Assembly (NCBI RefSeq): GCF_006345805.1
Contig: NC_043005.1
Coordinates: 92,504,001 to 92,568,000 of the forward strand
Length of the DNA stretch: 64,000 nt
Source: Octopus sinensis
Taxonomy: Eukaryota
Direction of reading: 5' to 3'
Translations under genes and position numbers: made by a program
Notes under the pieces: model-generated
Seen by the model: the letters and a program-made list of their open reading frames with translations, nothing else
Databases searched by the model: none
Told to the model about the DNA's origin: nothing
In this document: positions 24,401 to 36,978 of the stretch, piece by piece
Position numbering within the stretch: position 1 is the first letter of the stretch
Layout of the letters: the number at the start of each line of letters is the position of its first letter

Positions 24401-27400
24401 CCTTAGACTATTTCTTTTTACTTTTTCGAATGAGCCTATTTGAAATCATTACGGCGGAAACGAACCATTACGCTAAATGTAAACAAAACGAAAGAAAGGA
24501 TAGTTAGTGGTTTCCCATAACCTTAAATGAAATTAAGACTATTTTGCCATAAATATTTTTATGGGTATCAGAAAGTTACCCAGAATAACAAATTCTATCG
24601 TGAAATTTTGTTGTATACCCAATTGAATATTAGCTAATAACCCATTTTCTATAGCGATGTTTGAACAAAATTTTAATAATTTTATATTTTGTTGAATTTA
24701 CCTGTATCTACCTGCAATTAGAGTCACTTTGTGACAAAAATTATAGTATAGAATTGGTTGAGAACATTTCATTAAATTATCTTCCAAAATTCACGTTAAT
24801 ATATTAATAAATAAAAAAGTTATAGTTGTTTAATGAAACCAGACTAAATTTATGATTACGTTAGAAATTAATTGAAACACATAAGGGGTGTATTTTGGTC
24901 AGAAATATAGTAACGAAAGGGTTAAATGCACCAGGAAAGAATTTGTTTCAGAAATACTTTTGTAAAAACTTTATAGCTTCCGTTTTAATTAAAAAGAATT
25001 AGAAATTCTGAATAGAATAGATCTTTATAGTTTATTGAAATATGGTAGGGAAAAAAAACCCCAGCTAGTTTACAAATTGTTTTTTTCTTTACTTTTAATA
25101 ATTCCAATCATTAAAGTCAATGAAAGAAATTTTAGTAAATTTTATCTTTGTAAATTGGAGAATGTCTGTCTGTTAAGACTTGAGGTGATATATTTGTTTT
25201 ATTTTAATGTTGTGGACTCTATTTTAAAAAAGAAAACCAGTTTTGGGGCCTTGTTGCTGGGATTTTAATGACTGCTTTCAGTGATTTCAGTCCTTTCTTG
25301 TAACATTTCCTTGTCTCTTTTATCTTTTTGGTTTATTTGATCTAACACAACCTTTTGTCTCTTCAGGAGGTGATAGAACTAACTCTACAGCTGCTGAACA
25401 TTGGCCCAACTTCAGGAAGTTCTAATGCTGAAGAAGGCAATGGTGAAGAAGTATCAACAAACAACACAGAAGCTGCAGAAGCAGTTCAGACAACCTGGAG
25501 TGCTGGAGATGCTTGCCAAGCTCTTTGGTCTGTAGATGGACAGTAAGTATGAAATCAATTCATTTCAAATTGCTGTAGAAACAAGATAAATTGTGTGTGT
25601 GTGTTTATATATCTATCTATCTGTCTGTGGTTGATGATGCACAGACATTCTCTCTCACTCTCTTTCTCTTTTACTTGCTCTATGAAACATTTACTAGCAC
25701 AAAACAAACACTGTCACCACTAATGTCTCTCACTCTCTCTCTCTCTCACTCACTCTCTCTTTCTATAAGAAGCAGTATAAAAGCATTTTTTCAGCCTATG
25801 ATGGTGAGCCAGACAAATTGACATTGTGGGCCGTAGTTTGGTGACCCATGATTTAGATGGTAAGTTACATGCTAATACGCTGAATGGTATACCCAAATAG
25901 TTCCTAATGAAGAATTTCTAGTTGAGACTTTGAAATGGGGGGGGGGTGATTTGAAGAAATTAAACAGTTCACAGAAAATTGGGTTTTTTTTATTGCTTGA
26001 GTGGTGTCTAATGTTGATTGTAGGAGACACAACATATTTCAGTCTTAGTAGGCTTCATCAGCTAAGTCTTCTTACACCTGCCTTGCTTAGTAGGCAGAGA
26101 TATTTACAATTAGAAAATTCATTTGACAAATTTAAGCTGACCTAATTTTTCCTTTGTAGGTATTATGAAGCAAAAATTGATGAGATATTACTTGACGGAA
26201 CATGTACTGTAACATTTGAGGGTTATGGAAACACAGACATTACACAGGTAAATATTTTGCAGAGAAAAATGAATATTCATTTGGTTTATACAAAATTTCT
26301 CATGAAATAATTTGTATCTTCTTGGATTTTCTGGTGATTTTTTTTTTTTTTATGTTGTGCTTTCTTATTTCTGTATTGCCCACAAGGGGCTAAACATAAA
26401 GAGGACAAGCAAGAACAGACAAAGATGTAAGTCGATTATATTGACGCCAGTGCGTAACTGGTACTTAATTTATCGACCCCAAAAGGATGAAAGGCAAAGT
26501 TGACCAGAATTTGAACTCGGGACATAACAGCAGACGAAATACTGCTAAGCATTTTGCCCGGTGTGCTTACGTTTCTGCCAGCTCACTGCCTTCTTTTGTA
26601 CTTTCTACAATTTGAAATTAATATTAGCTCAGCTTTATTGCTTAGCTGTATATTTATAACCATAATAGTTTATTCACAAACACTAGATTGCTGAATTTTT
26701 TCTCTAATTTTTGTTTCCCAATGCTCTAGGCAAATTTATTAAAACCATCTGATGCTGATAACGATCATGGTGTGGATGGATTGGGTCCCGAAGCCAAACG
26801 ACTTAAATCAAAGTAAGTTTATAATTATCAATCACAATTAAATTAAGATAATTAATACAATGATATTTCCTGGTAATTCTAGGTGAATAGTAAAATTCTT
26901 TGTATTGGTTTGCATTGGAATAGAGCCACTTTCATTACAGAGTTACCGGGTTGGCAAAAATGCTATTTCGTTTTTCGTAAATAGTTACGATTTTTTGTAA
27001 TGACTTTTGTCAATGTCATGATTTTTTCCTTTTGACATTTGATAGCCATTACCTCTAGCTTACATTAGAAGCAAATTGCATGTAATTTTCTTTACAGCTG
27101 TTAGTCCAGTGTCATTTTTAACATGGAGTGCAAAAACAAATATTTTCACTATATTTTGCTTTTTTATTTCCTTAAAGGCAAGAAAGCTGCTGAATCTCAC
27201 AAATATGTGGAGTTTTTAAGGTTAACAGAATGCACATATCAGAAATGGTTTTAAAATTCCATTCTGGAGATTTTTCACTCAAAGTTGACCAATGTTCTGT
27301 TCTAGTTGACCTACTGAAGTTGATGATGACCGAATCAAAGCCATAATTGAATCTGATTGTCATATAACATAATTGAATCTGATTGTCATTGCAGAGAGGT

Positions 27401-29430
27401 TAAATGTATCACACAAAACAATTGAAAATCACTTAAAATGTCTTGGACTCGTTAAGAAGTTTGATATTTGGGTTCCACATAAATTGAAAGACATTCACTT
27501 AACATAATGAATCAATATTTGTGATATGCATCTCAAATGCAATGAAATTGCCCTTATTTTTAAAGGAATCATCATTGGTGATGAAAAATGGATTGTCTAC
27601 AATAACATCAATCGAAAGCGATCATGGTCCAGGCTGAATTGCATCAAAAAATGGTTGTGCTGTCAATTTGGTGGGATTACAAAGGTGTTGTTTATTTTGA
27701 GCTGCTTCCAAGGAACCAAACAATCAATTTAGATGTTTACTGTCAACAACTAATGAAGCTGGAGGAAGCAATCAAAGAAAAATGGCCAGAATTGGCAAAT
27801 CATAAAGGAATCATGTTACAAATTTTAACATAAAGATAGGTTTTCATTTCAACTTCAGTTTTAACCCTTTTGTTAGCAAACCGCCCGAAAAAAGTTTTGG
27901 TTCATGTGACCAAACCCGCCCGTAATTACCTATTCATATTTAAATGAGAATATCAGAGCAAATCTCGTTAGTACATTTGTGAAAACATGTGATTATACTT
28001 CGTAAACAGTTCATCTACAGTTTTGTACAACTATCAACGTGTTATTTTAATTCCCTGAATTTTGGGAGATTTTTTTTTTCCACATTTTTTTCGGCATCGA
28101 TTTTTCTTCAACTTTGAAAATGGATAGGAGTTTCATGTTATCAAGCATTGATTCCGAATTTAAAGCTTTTTCAACGGAAAATAGGGAGATATCGAGAAAA
28201 AGAATGAATGAGATCTTAAAGCACGTGGTGTACAAAATAATGAATAGAATATTTTTTTATCCGTTAACCGAAAGCAGCAATTCCGAAGAAACAAATCGGA
28301 ATGAAGTAAAAAACTTTTAAAATGTTTTTATTAGCAATTTTTCTGAGGAGATAGAGTTTATCTATAGTCTTTCTTAGGAAGCGAAACCATTAGACTTTTA
28401 TTTTTTTCAGTATGCTTGTTTGGAGCGATCACTGTGGAAGCAAACTGTTACGCAGAATGTAAACAAACACAAAATCGGGGATCAAAGTTTGGAAAATTTG
28501 TGAAGCAAATACTGGGTACTGTGTGGATTTAGTTTTTATACAGGGAAACTAATGTTATTGAGCATGGCTTAGGGTACGATGTGGTCTGGAAGTTATTGTT
28601 TGAAGCGATCAATGCGGAAACAAATTTATGCAGATTGTAAACAAACACAAAATGGGGGATCAAATTTCGGAAAATTTGTGAAGTAAATACTGGGTACTGC
28701 ATGGATTTAGTTTTTATACAGGGAAAATGGTATTAGTCAGCATGGCCTAGGGAACAATGTGGTCTGGAATTTATCACTTCCATACCATAACCAGGGCCGT
28801 ATATTATTTTATGACCGATTTCTTTAGTTCAGTCAAACTTGCGGTGGATTCCAGTATTTCACTTTATTCCACCTTTATGGTACACCTGTTGTGCATAGTG
28901 ATGTGCACAATTCTTCTTTATCAAAATTTTGTTGCATACCCATTTGAATATTAGCTGATGATTCATTTTCTATGGTGATGTTTAAACAAAATTTTAATAT
29001 TTTTACCTTTTGCTGGATTTACCTGTAATTAAAGTCACTTTGAGACAAAAGTTATGCAATAGAATTGATTAAGAACCCTTTCTTTAATTATGTTCCAAAT
29101 ATCACATTAATATGTTGATAAGTAAAAAAGTTACAGTTATTTAATGAAACAAGCCTAAATTCATGATTATTTTAGAATTTAATTGAAACTCATGAGGGGT
29201 GTATTTTGGTCAGAAATATAGTAACGAAAGGGTTAAAAGAATGTAAAATGTGATATAAAAGTTGGGAATGTGCTTTCAAAATTTATATTTTGAATTTCTT
29301 AAATGTTTCACTTTATTCCATCACTTTGTTTAAAAAAATGTGGGGGAAAAATAAGGGATCAATTGTAGCATTTGCTGTAGTTTGATGTTTGATTTAAAGA
29401 AGTTGGAGGCAAAAAATCAGGTTTATATAT

Positions 29431-29462
<32 letters not shown>

Positions 29463-31269
29463 GTTGACAATAGCATTTTTGAATATAAAGATTATTCTGT
29501 ACTGATTAAATTATTTCCCAAATAGGAAAGATCTGATTGCTGAAGAACGTGAGAAAAAACGGAAAAAGGCACAAAAGAAAGCCCAGCGCATGAAACAATT
29601 AGAAGAGGAGAGGGAAACTGAGAAAAATAAATGGCTTGATTTTAATGCAAAGGTAAGATATAATTCTTTTAGGTACATTTCACCTTTTGATGACTGCAAT
29701 TACTGCACCCCCCCCCCCCAAATACTCAGTTTTATTATTCATAGTACTAAGTTGTTTTTATTGTAATACTAAGTTGAAACAACATGAAGATAGCGCATAT
29801 TGTTGTTTCATTTATGAACTCATGAGCAGATTCAAAAATCTAAGTTTTCTGAACGAGACTCTTCCATTATCAACACTCTACGACATATGCTAAGTTTTTT
29901 TAAAGAAATAAAAAAAAACAATTTTTTTCACTAGTTTACTTCAGATTTTTTAAATAACAAAATTGATAAGCTTGGGAACCCCTACTCTGTATTTGTTATT
30001 TTTAATTTTCTTGCATGTCGTTAGTGACTAGATTGGACAATATAATTTTTATGCACTTAAGCCTTAACTGATCTTAGAGCCAATATAGTCACTTATTAAA
30101 ATCTTTATAGCTCTATTGATGACACTTTTCCATTCATCTTGAATAATTCATTTGTGCAAAAGATATGCATACCTGCAGATTAGCTTTGACTGGTGACACT
30201 TCTTATTTGCACTGCCTTTATCTTTGATTTATTTAATAAACTTTTGTTGCAATTAGAGAATTACCTGGAAATAATTAAGAGAATTTATTGCTCAGAAAGT
30301 CTTACAAGCAAATCTAAAAATGGTAATGCTACTACTGCTAATAATAATGATGGTTTGTAATAAAGACACAAGGCCTGAAGCTTGGGAGAGGAGGAGTTGA
30401 TTTCATTGATCCTACAGTACATAAGTGGTATTATATTGTCAACCCCAGCAGGATGAAAGGCAAATTTAACCTAAGCAAGACTTAAATTCATAATAATGTC
30501 ATTAGAAATATGATGAATGCTAGTGGAGCGCTAAGAGTACCATACAAGTGAGATCGTTGCCAGAGCAACAAGCTGGCCTCCGTGCCGATGGCACGTTAAA
30601 AACACCATTCAAGCGTGATCGTTACCTGCATCGCCTTACTAGCACTTGTGCTGGTGGCACATGAAAAAACATTTGAGCGAGGTCGTTGCCAGTGCCGCTG
30701 GACTGGCTCCTGTGCAGGTGGCACATAAAAAGCACCATTTGTGAGTGGCCGTTGCCAGTACCACCTGACTGGCCCCCGTGCCGGTGGCATGTAAAAGAAC
30801 CCACTACGCTCTTGGAGTGGTTGGCATTAGGAAGGGCATCCAGCTGTAGAAACAATGCCAGATCAGATTGGAATCTGGTTCGCCAGACCTCAGTCAAATC
30901 GTCCAACCCATGCTATCATGGAAAGCAGACGTTAAACGATGATGATGTAATGAAAGGGTTAAAGAATCTACCAATTTGTTGTTCCAAATCTAAGAGAATC
31001 TAAAATTTAAAAAAAAATTTATGTATTCTTTAAATAGCATGTTATTTTTCTTTGTCATGTTCTGATTATAAATGTATGAAAAACGTAGAAAATATGAAAA
31101 CATACTTTGAAATTATTTTCAGACATTTTCCAAGACAAACAAGGGAAAAGTGAAGAGGTCTATATTTGCTTCTCCAGATAATATCAATGGAAGAGTTGGA
31201 ATTGGTACATGTGGAACTGGTGGCAAACCTATGACAGAGTACCATCCCCAAGAAAAGTGGAAAAAGTGA
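16903..31269 (+). CDS. SMNDC1: Survival motor neuron domain-containing protein 1 (SPF30), join(16903..16950,19511..19576,25367..25542,26160..26247,26730..26812,29526..29652,31123..31269), 244 aa
   Basis: Spliced product MADETLLNLYKSQLQQVEASLTSDPDNLDLLKLKKDLQEVIELT...WSAGDACQALWSVDGQYYEAKIDEI..DGTCTVTFEGYGN (Tudor)...KKAQKKAQRMKQLEEERE..KNKWLDFN...KVKRSIFASPD..NGRVGIGTCG. All junctions GT-AG and in phase; 735 nt. Confidence 0.95.
19511..19576 (+). CDS. SMNDC1: SMNDC1 exon 2
   Basis: VEASLTSDPDNLDLLKLKKDLQ; cag acceptor, GTTAG donor. Confidence 0.92.
21080..21680 (-). mobile_element. Helitron Rep/helicase pseudogene fragment in SMNDC1 intron 2
   Basis: ORF 21350..21550 (ISQYLMGRHFGPSKAVASILRISIHERAPAIVKLQVHLPDEQ) with flanking frames TFKCHCNIEIVAS..IKYVIKY and TTLTEFFSLCINDAFAKTLLYAEV, typical of Helitron RepHel. 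Confidence 0.8.
23849..24921 (+). mobile_element. Internally deleted piggyBac element, copy 1
   Basis: TTAA on both sides; perfect 12-bp TIR CCCTTTCGTTAC/GTAACGAAAGGG; ORF 24118..24507 is an acidic N-terminus plus LDYFFLLF...FEIITAETNHYA, continuing W.PITLNEIK...IFMGI..LP. Confidence 0.88.
25367..25542 (+). CDS. SMNDC1: SMNDC1 exon 3
   Basis: EVIELTLQLL...WSAGDACQALWSVDG(Q); donor GTAAGT. Confidence 0.92.
26160..26247 (+). CDS. SMNDC1: SMNDC1 exon 4 (Tudor core)
   Basis: YYEAKIDEILLDGTCTVTFEGYGNTDITQ. Confidence 0.92.
26730..26812 (+). CDS. SMNDC1: SMNDC1 exon 5
   Basis: ANLLKPSDADNDHGVDGLGPEAKRLKS(K); phase 0 to phase 2. Confidence 0.85.
26946..27830 (+). mobile_element. Degenerate mariner transposon in SMNDC1 intron 5
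   Basis: 5' TIR-like ta-ccgggttggcaaaaat; transposase remnants IIIGDEKWIVYNNINRKRSW and VVLSIWWDYKGVVYFELLPRNQTINLDVYCQQL. Confidence 0.85.
27865..29232 (+). mobile_element. Internally deleted piggyBac element, copy 2, with internal 180-bp duplication
   Basis: TTAA on both sides; left TIR CCCTTTTGTTAG (2 mismatches), right TIR perfect; ends shared with copy 1; carries a catalytic-core fragment (K..GIK.W..CE.NTGYC.D) twice. Confidence 0.85.
29526..29652 (+). CDS. SMNDC1: SMNDC1 exon 6
   Basis: KDLIAEEREKKRKKAQKKAQRMKQLEEERETEKNKWLDFNAK. Confidence 0.92.
30530..30950 (+). mobile_element. Interspersed SINE-like repeat with RTE-type 3' tail
   Basis: Internal ggcacgtaaaaagcacc units, core ggagtggttggcattaggaagggcatccagctgtagaaac, tail ggacgttaaacgatgatgat; copies at about 39505-39990 (-), 43190-43465, 45915-46155, 48720-49015. 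Confidence 0.7.
31123..31269 (+). CDS. SMNDC1: SMNDC1 exon 7 (terminal)
   Basis: TFSKTNKGKVKRSIFASPDNINGRVGIGTCGTGGKPMTEYHPQEKWKK, TGA at 31267-31269. Confidence 0.92.
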   Translation, partial: TFSKTNKGKVKRSIFASPDNINGRVGIGTCGTGGKPMTEYHPQEKWKK

Positions 31270-34200
31270 AACTGCTTTCATTCCCATCCCAAATATTTTC
31301 TTTTTCTATGGCCTCGCAGATTTGTATATAGATTATTGTTGAGCTCCATCAGTTTTTTCTTTCTTTTTTTTCTTTCTTTCTTTGACACATAACCCTTAAC
31401 TTTCAACTTTATCATTAAACTTGCTCTTGAAATTATTCATTTATACAATATTTTACATATTGTCATTTTCATTTCTTTATCTCATTGCTTTCTTTTTTAA
31501 TTAAAAAAATTTTTTTTTTCAAAAATTAGGTAACAGATATATTTATTTTTAAAAAATCAGTAAACCAAATGATTTAGGAACTATCATTGTAACAGATTTT
31601 TTTCAATGGTGCTGATAATATTCTGTTGCTATATTAAGTATCTTCGTTGGTCAAAAATTTAATTTCTTTTAATTCCTCAAAGTTCTTCCTCTGTTGATCA
31701 GGACTTTTGTTTTAAAAAAATGGAATATTAAAAGAAAGCTTACTTCCTTTTACTTGAAAATTTTAAATAGTGCGATTTCTTAGATGTTGCCAAATAACTT
31801 TTATGTACAGGTCTAATTATGTGTGTGGCTGTGTTTACAAACCTTGAACGGTGATGTTTTATAATACTTCATGATATAAAGCTATTGTTAGGTTTTTTTT
31901 ATGTACAAGTCTTGCATACAGTAATGAATGACTTAATGTTTAATATTTGCATGGAATATATCACATAGCTGGTGTATTTCACCTTTTAGATAACTTGTTG
32001 TGCAAAACTATATTCTTCAGAAATTTTTAATATGGTGCTGTCCTATCTATAACCCTTTTTATACCCTTCATCCTCCACAAACTGTCCATGTCTATATGAG
32101 TTGTTTTTGTGTCTGAAGAGACATTTAGATTTTCATAATTTTTAGATGGTCTATTACTAGTTTTTGCATATATATCTAATCTAACTTAAATAGTTGTTTC
32201 GTTAGCTTTTTGCTAACCCAAATCTACACACATACAGTTCTTACTTGAAGGAGCAACTTGTACTATATTTTATTCTTGAGCATAAGCAGTTTGCAATTAT
32301 GCCAATATAATAGGTTTCTAATAGAACATTTGTTGGATATATTTTGTAAGGATTAGTTTTCATCTGTACATAGTCCACAACCTGGGTGTATCTAGGAATA
32401 TGTTTGGTGTAACTCAGATTTTGATATGCTCTTCTAGTAGAATAAGAACAGCCAGTTTTGATTTGGAATTGGTGATAGTGTGGGAAATTCAGTAGTTTTT
32501 GATTTTGACAATTGTAATACTAGTGAATATAGGCACCTGTTGTCTGTGATACGGGGTAATTATGTCGGTTCCAAGTTTCTGAAGTCAGTTTTCTCTTTCT
32601 TTAACACTTCAATTTTCATTTCAGTATTTATTTTTGTTTTTGAAAGTCCTTATATTTTCAAAATGACTGATAAAATCAACATTCTTATTTGTACTTATGT
32701 TTTTAATTTCTAAGGGGTGTTTACTATTTCTGTAATTCAAATGAAGAAAAATGCTACAATAAAAAGTAAATAGAAATTAGATATTAGTAAGTTGAGATTG
32801 AGGACAACACCTTTCTTACTGATATCTTTATCAAAATAGAAATCGGTTGAAATTATGTTGGGATAACTAGATACTGGCTCTCTTATGAAGACATGAGAAT
32901 TAGCACTGCTTGCGCTTTGAAGCTAATTACCTAGCCATTAGTCTCTTGCTGCTAGATAGTGACATCAATTCCAGTATATATGAATTTAGTATCGAAAAAA
33001 ACAGTTCAATTCATGATTCTATAAATTGCCACTGCATTGCAATGCATATAGCATATTCATAATTTAAACTTTGGCTTGATTCTCCCTCTCCAACTTTCTG
33101 TTGTAAAATTCTTAAACTTTTACAAAGTAATCTCACAAAATTGGGGTTTTTTTTTCTCCCGCTTCAATTAAAGAACTCCAAAACCTTTCTGCATTACTTT
33201 TGTTTTTTACCTTTTAATTTATTTTGGTTATGTCCCAGATATTAAATTCTGCTGGATTTAAGAAAATTCATTTGTCATCTTAAATTCAAAGAGCAAGCTT
33301 GTGTACTCCATTGTATGTTGTTCATGTATAAAGCATAGTCTTGTTGCACTTGTAGAAGCTATACTGTGTTTTGGCAGCTCACTTGTGTGACAGACTGAAA
33401 TAACATGTTTGGCCTTCATTTTCTATTTAAAGGAGCTGTTGTATATAAACAAATAGTCAACAGAAGTGAATAAATTTGTTTTCTTCAGATATGTTGACAT
33501 GTGTTGTTTTTTTTCTTTTCTTTACATTTCTGTTTGAAAATCAAAACTCGTTTCTCGAATCAGTTTGCTACAAAACTTTTTCTATAAACTTTGACCCTTT
33601 AGCATTCTGATTATTCTATCAAATGCTTATCTATTCACATTGTTTTGAATTAATCGTGCCTTATCTCTGTAGCTTGGAGCTTTGCTGATGTGATTGTTTA
33701 TTTTTAAAATGAAAATGTAGGATAGGCAGAGGTGGCCAGATCTGGCTTGTCTGAATGTAAAACAGGTTAAATATTTTGACCAGATATGGTCTGTTTAAAT
33801 ATTAAAGGGTTAAAGCAGTATGTTTCTGTTCTGAAATTATATTGATCAAAATAACCATTAGAAAGTTGGTATTTTTGCTACTAAAAAACAAGTTTATTTT
33901 TTCTAATAAATTATTTGAAAATCACCTTCATCTGAGGATATCATGCAACAGGTAGACAGCGAAACATAGCTGTCTCTATATACACATATGAATATATATG
34001 TATTTATATAGAAACCTGGTTGTGCCCCTTGGTCTCAACAGATCCTGTCAAGCCATAACAGCATGGAAAATGGACATACAATGATGATGTGTATGTATAT
34101 AAGGTTCTAGGTAATTTCACTCCTAATATTAGAAAAAATAAATAAATATAACATTGAAATTCGTTGTTGTTGTTGTTGTTGTTGACAATGATGGTTTACA

Positions 34201-34919
34201 GTTTATAGGTTTACTCATGATCCATCCCTGCTTCATTCCTTGCTGTTGTGGAAGGATTCCAACCACCCCCTTATGATTAAAAGTGGACTGTCACATTTGC
34301 TATAAATATAGAACTGTTGATTGGTAAGCAGTTCACTATGAGCCGTGTAACCTTGTATAACATTAAACCTTGTGCATTCGTGTAAATACTTTGTTAAATT
34401 ATTTGTCCAATTTACAAGGATATCAAAGTTACTTAAAAGGGTAATATACATACATCATGCCTCAGGTTTTTAACAGTATCTGCAGAATGAAGAAATGTGT
34501 GGATGACATGAATCTATACATATAAATTTGACATGGGTGATTCTTTCTTGTCTGGGGATTCATGATCAAACGGCTGGGTGGGATTGTGCGAAAAATTACA
34601 CAGATGCATAGAATGATCTGGTGGTGTTTCTGGGCTTTGTATTTTTTCATAGCTCCCTTGGTTACCGAGATAATCTACTATAATAATACACTTGTGTCTT
34701 GAATTAGAAAAGAAGGGGTGATAGATGAATAAGAAAGGAAGGACTGATGTCATATTTGGTAGTGAGATGATGAAAATTGTACGGTGAAAAAATAAATCAA
34801 ACAGCGTTTCAACTCTGTGTGTGTATGTAAAAGGGGGGTATGTGAATGTGTGTATGTATGTGTGCGCGCAATGGAAGTGGGATTTTTTGTGAAGTCTTTC
34901 TTTATACACTTCAGCCATG

Positions 34920-35710
34920 ATTGATGAGCCAAGTTTAATGAAATAATGGATCACTACTGCGCCAGACCACCAAACACATCATCAGCTTCTTTTGACAAAT
35001 TTTGCTTTTTGGACTGTATTTCGGTGGCTCATCTTTGTCCAACCATTGTGCTGAATGTTTACAGTTGTTGTATTGGATCCATTTCTCATCACACGTTGCA
35101 ATTTGATGAAAAAATGATTTACTTTTATGACAAGAGAGCAGCATAATGCAGGCTTCCAAATGTTGCTGTTTCTGATTTCCATTGAGTTCATGTGGAACCC
35201 ACTTATCCAACATTTTCACTTTACCAATTTGTGAGTCAATATTATTTGCTTGCTAACACCAAACAACAATAATTCACGGGCACTTTGAAATGGATCTCAC
35301 TCGACGGTGGCTTTCAGTTAATCATTATTCACCTTTGTTTCTGGTCGACTGCATTGCTCATTTGTAAGGTGAAAGTTACCAGAACGAAATTTTGCAAATC
35401 AATTTGATACTCTCTTCTGAATAATAACATTAGAATGAAATGCTCCATTAATATTCCAAGCTGTCTGTGATCCTGTATTTCCAATAAAGAACTCGTATTT
35501 CAAAACTACGAATTTCTGACTTATATATTCCTAAACAAGAATATCAGAAAACAATTTATGAATACTTTATAAAGCGCAAAATAAGTTAGAATAACGAAAT
35601 AGATGTGTCAGTTTTCTTGCAAAAAATAAAGATTGCCCAAATATAACAATGGCACAAAATGAGCAGCTGCCAAAGTTTACCTTACTACAAATTTCATATT
35701 TGATGACCTA
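34920..35710 (-). mobile_element. Degenerate mariner transposon (5' part)
   Basis: ORF 34935..35219 KWVPHELN...IATCDEKWIQYNN...WLDKDEPP; TIR tattaggtcatcaaatatgaaa at 35712-35690. Confidence 0.8.
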
Positions 35711-36069
35711 ATATATATATATATACTGTACCCCCGCTTATTCGCTGTTTGACATTTGCAGTCCTGGTTATTCATGGAATTGTAAATATCGCCCGCAAGT
35801 TTTTACGACTTCTTTTGTGACAATCTCTCTCTCTTTCACTCTCTATTATTATTATTATTATTATTATTATAGTATATATAACTGTATCTAGTTACATATA
35901 TGAAGCACAGAAACAAAATGCCAATTGATCTAAGAATTACTGGAAAGGCAAAATTCAGTCCTGTAAAACTCAAGTCCATGCAATGAAGATTATACCATAA
36001 TTAAGCACATTGGTGAGCATCATCATAGTTCATGTGCTTTGAAACCCAAAGTTTAATTTTCACTTGGTA

Positions 36070-36978
36070 GACACTGAGATGCTGAAAATGTTCCTCCTTG
36101 GTAGAACTGGCGACGAGTAAGTCATCGATATAAGCATTGACAAAGTCCAGACCACGAATGACCTCGTCCATAAACCTCTGGAATGTGCTAACAGCATGGA
36201 AAGAAATTCAAAGGAACCAAAAGGTGTAGTGACAGCAGTTTTTGGTATGCCTGGATGAGGTCAACTTTGGAAAAAATGGTGCATCCATGCAAAATGGAAA
36301 GCAAATCCTGCATAGCAGGATAGGGCATCTATCCGGAATTGTTATAGCATTTAACCTGCTGTAGTCCCCGACTGGATGAGAATCAGTAGATTCTTTTTGA
36401 ATTAAATGAAGAAGTGAAAACCAGGGGCTAGTCGAAGGATGAATAAGTCGCAGCTTCAGCATGTGGTTGAATTCAGCTTTCACAGCCTTGAGTTTGTCTA
36501 GGGGTGAATATTCTCACGTCAGGGTCACCACTTTAATGAGGTAGCCGGCATGTGGGTTGTCCGAATGGCGTGTTCTATGTTGTGGGGCTATGCATGGCAA
36601 GCAATGACGTTAAGATAGGTTCTGAATACGATATATTTATATCAACTTGAGTGGTACAGAGGCGAATGCAGGGTAGATATATACAAATATGTTATTTTGT
36701 CTGAAGGCTGCTTATATAAAACTCGTCACTGCAAGTCCAAGACATCAGGTTTGTGTGACCGTACAAGTTGAGCGTTCAGGCAAAGTGCTAATATGCCAGA
36801 GAAAGCCAGGTAAGAAGAGAGAGAATTTCGTGGTACTTCGTTTTTTATATCAACCAGCGGTAAATGCCAGCTGTTGGCATTCCTACCGGAAGTTACAGCA
36901 TATTCAGAAAATCCTGAAGCGAAGTCGGAAACACAACCTTCCTTGATCTCCCTTTCTCTCCTGTAGGGTTTCGCTACA
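36070..36978 (-). mobile_element. Ty3/gypsy remnant: putative 5' LTR, tRNA-Trp primer-binding site, RT N-terminal half
   Basis: ORF 36208..36483 KAEFNHML.L.LI.PSTSPW.S.LH....GDY..LNA.TIPDR.PI plus downstream RT frames; PBS TGGTGACCCTGACGTGAG at 36530-36513; LTR-like segment 36978-36533 starting TGTAGCG. Confidence 0.8.

Noticed and set aside
28416-28773. CRISPR-like or other regular repeat arrays anywhere in the window
   Set aside because: Only two-unit duplications and microsatellites were found; no repeat-spacer array, and the context is eukaryotic.
33915-33980. CTGAGGA...GAAA spacing
   Set aside because: No stem II or NUH/stem I pairing; GAAA sits in the loop of an unrelated gacagc/gctgtc hairpin.
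36513-36530. Match to the tRNA-Trp 3' end
   Set aside because: Only 18 nt, positioned between LTR and pol; it is a primer-binding site, not a tRNA gene.
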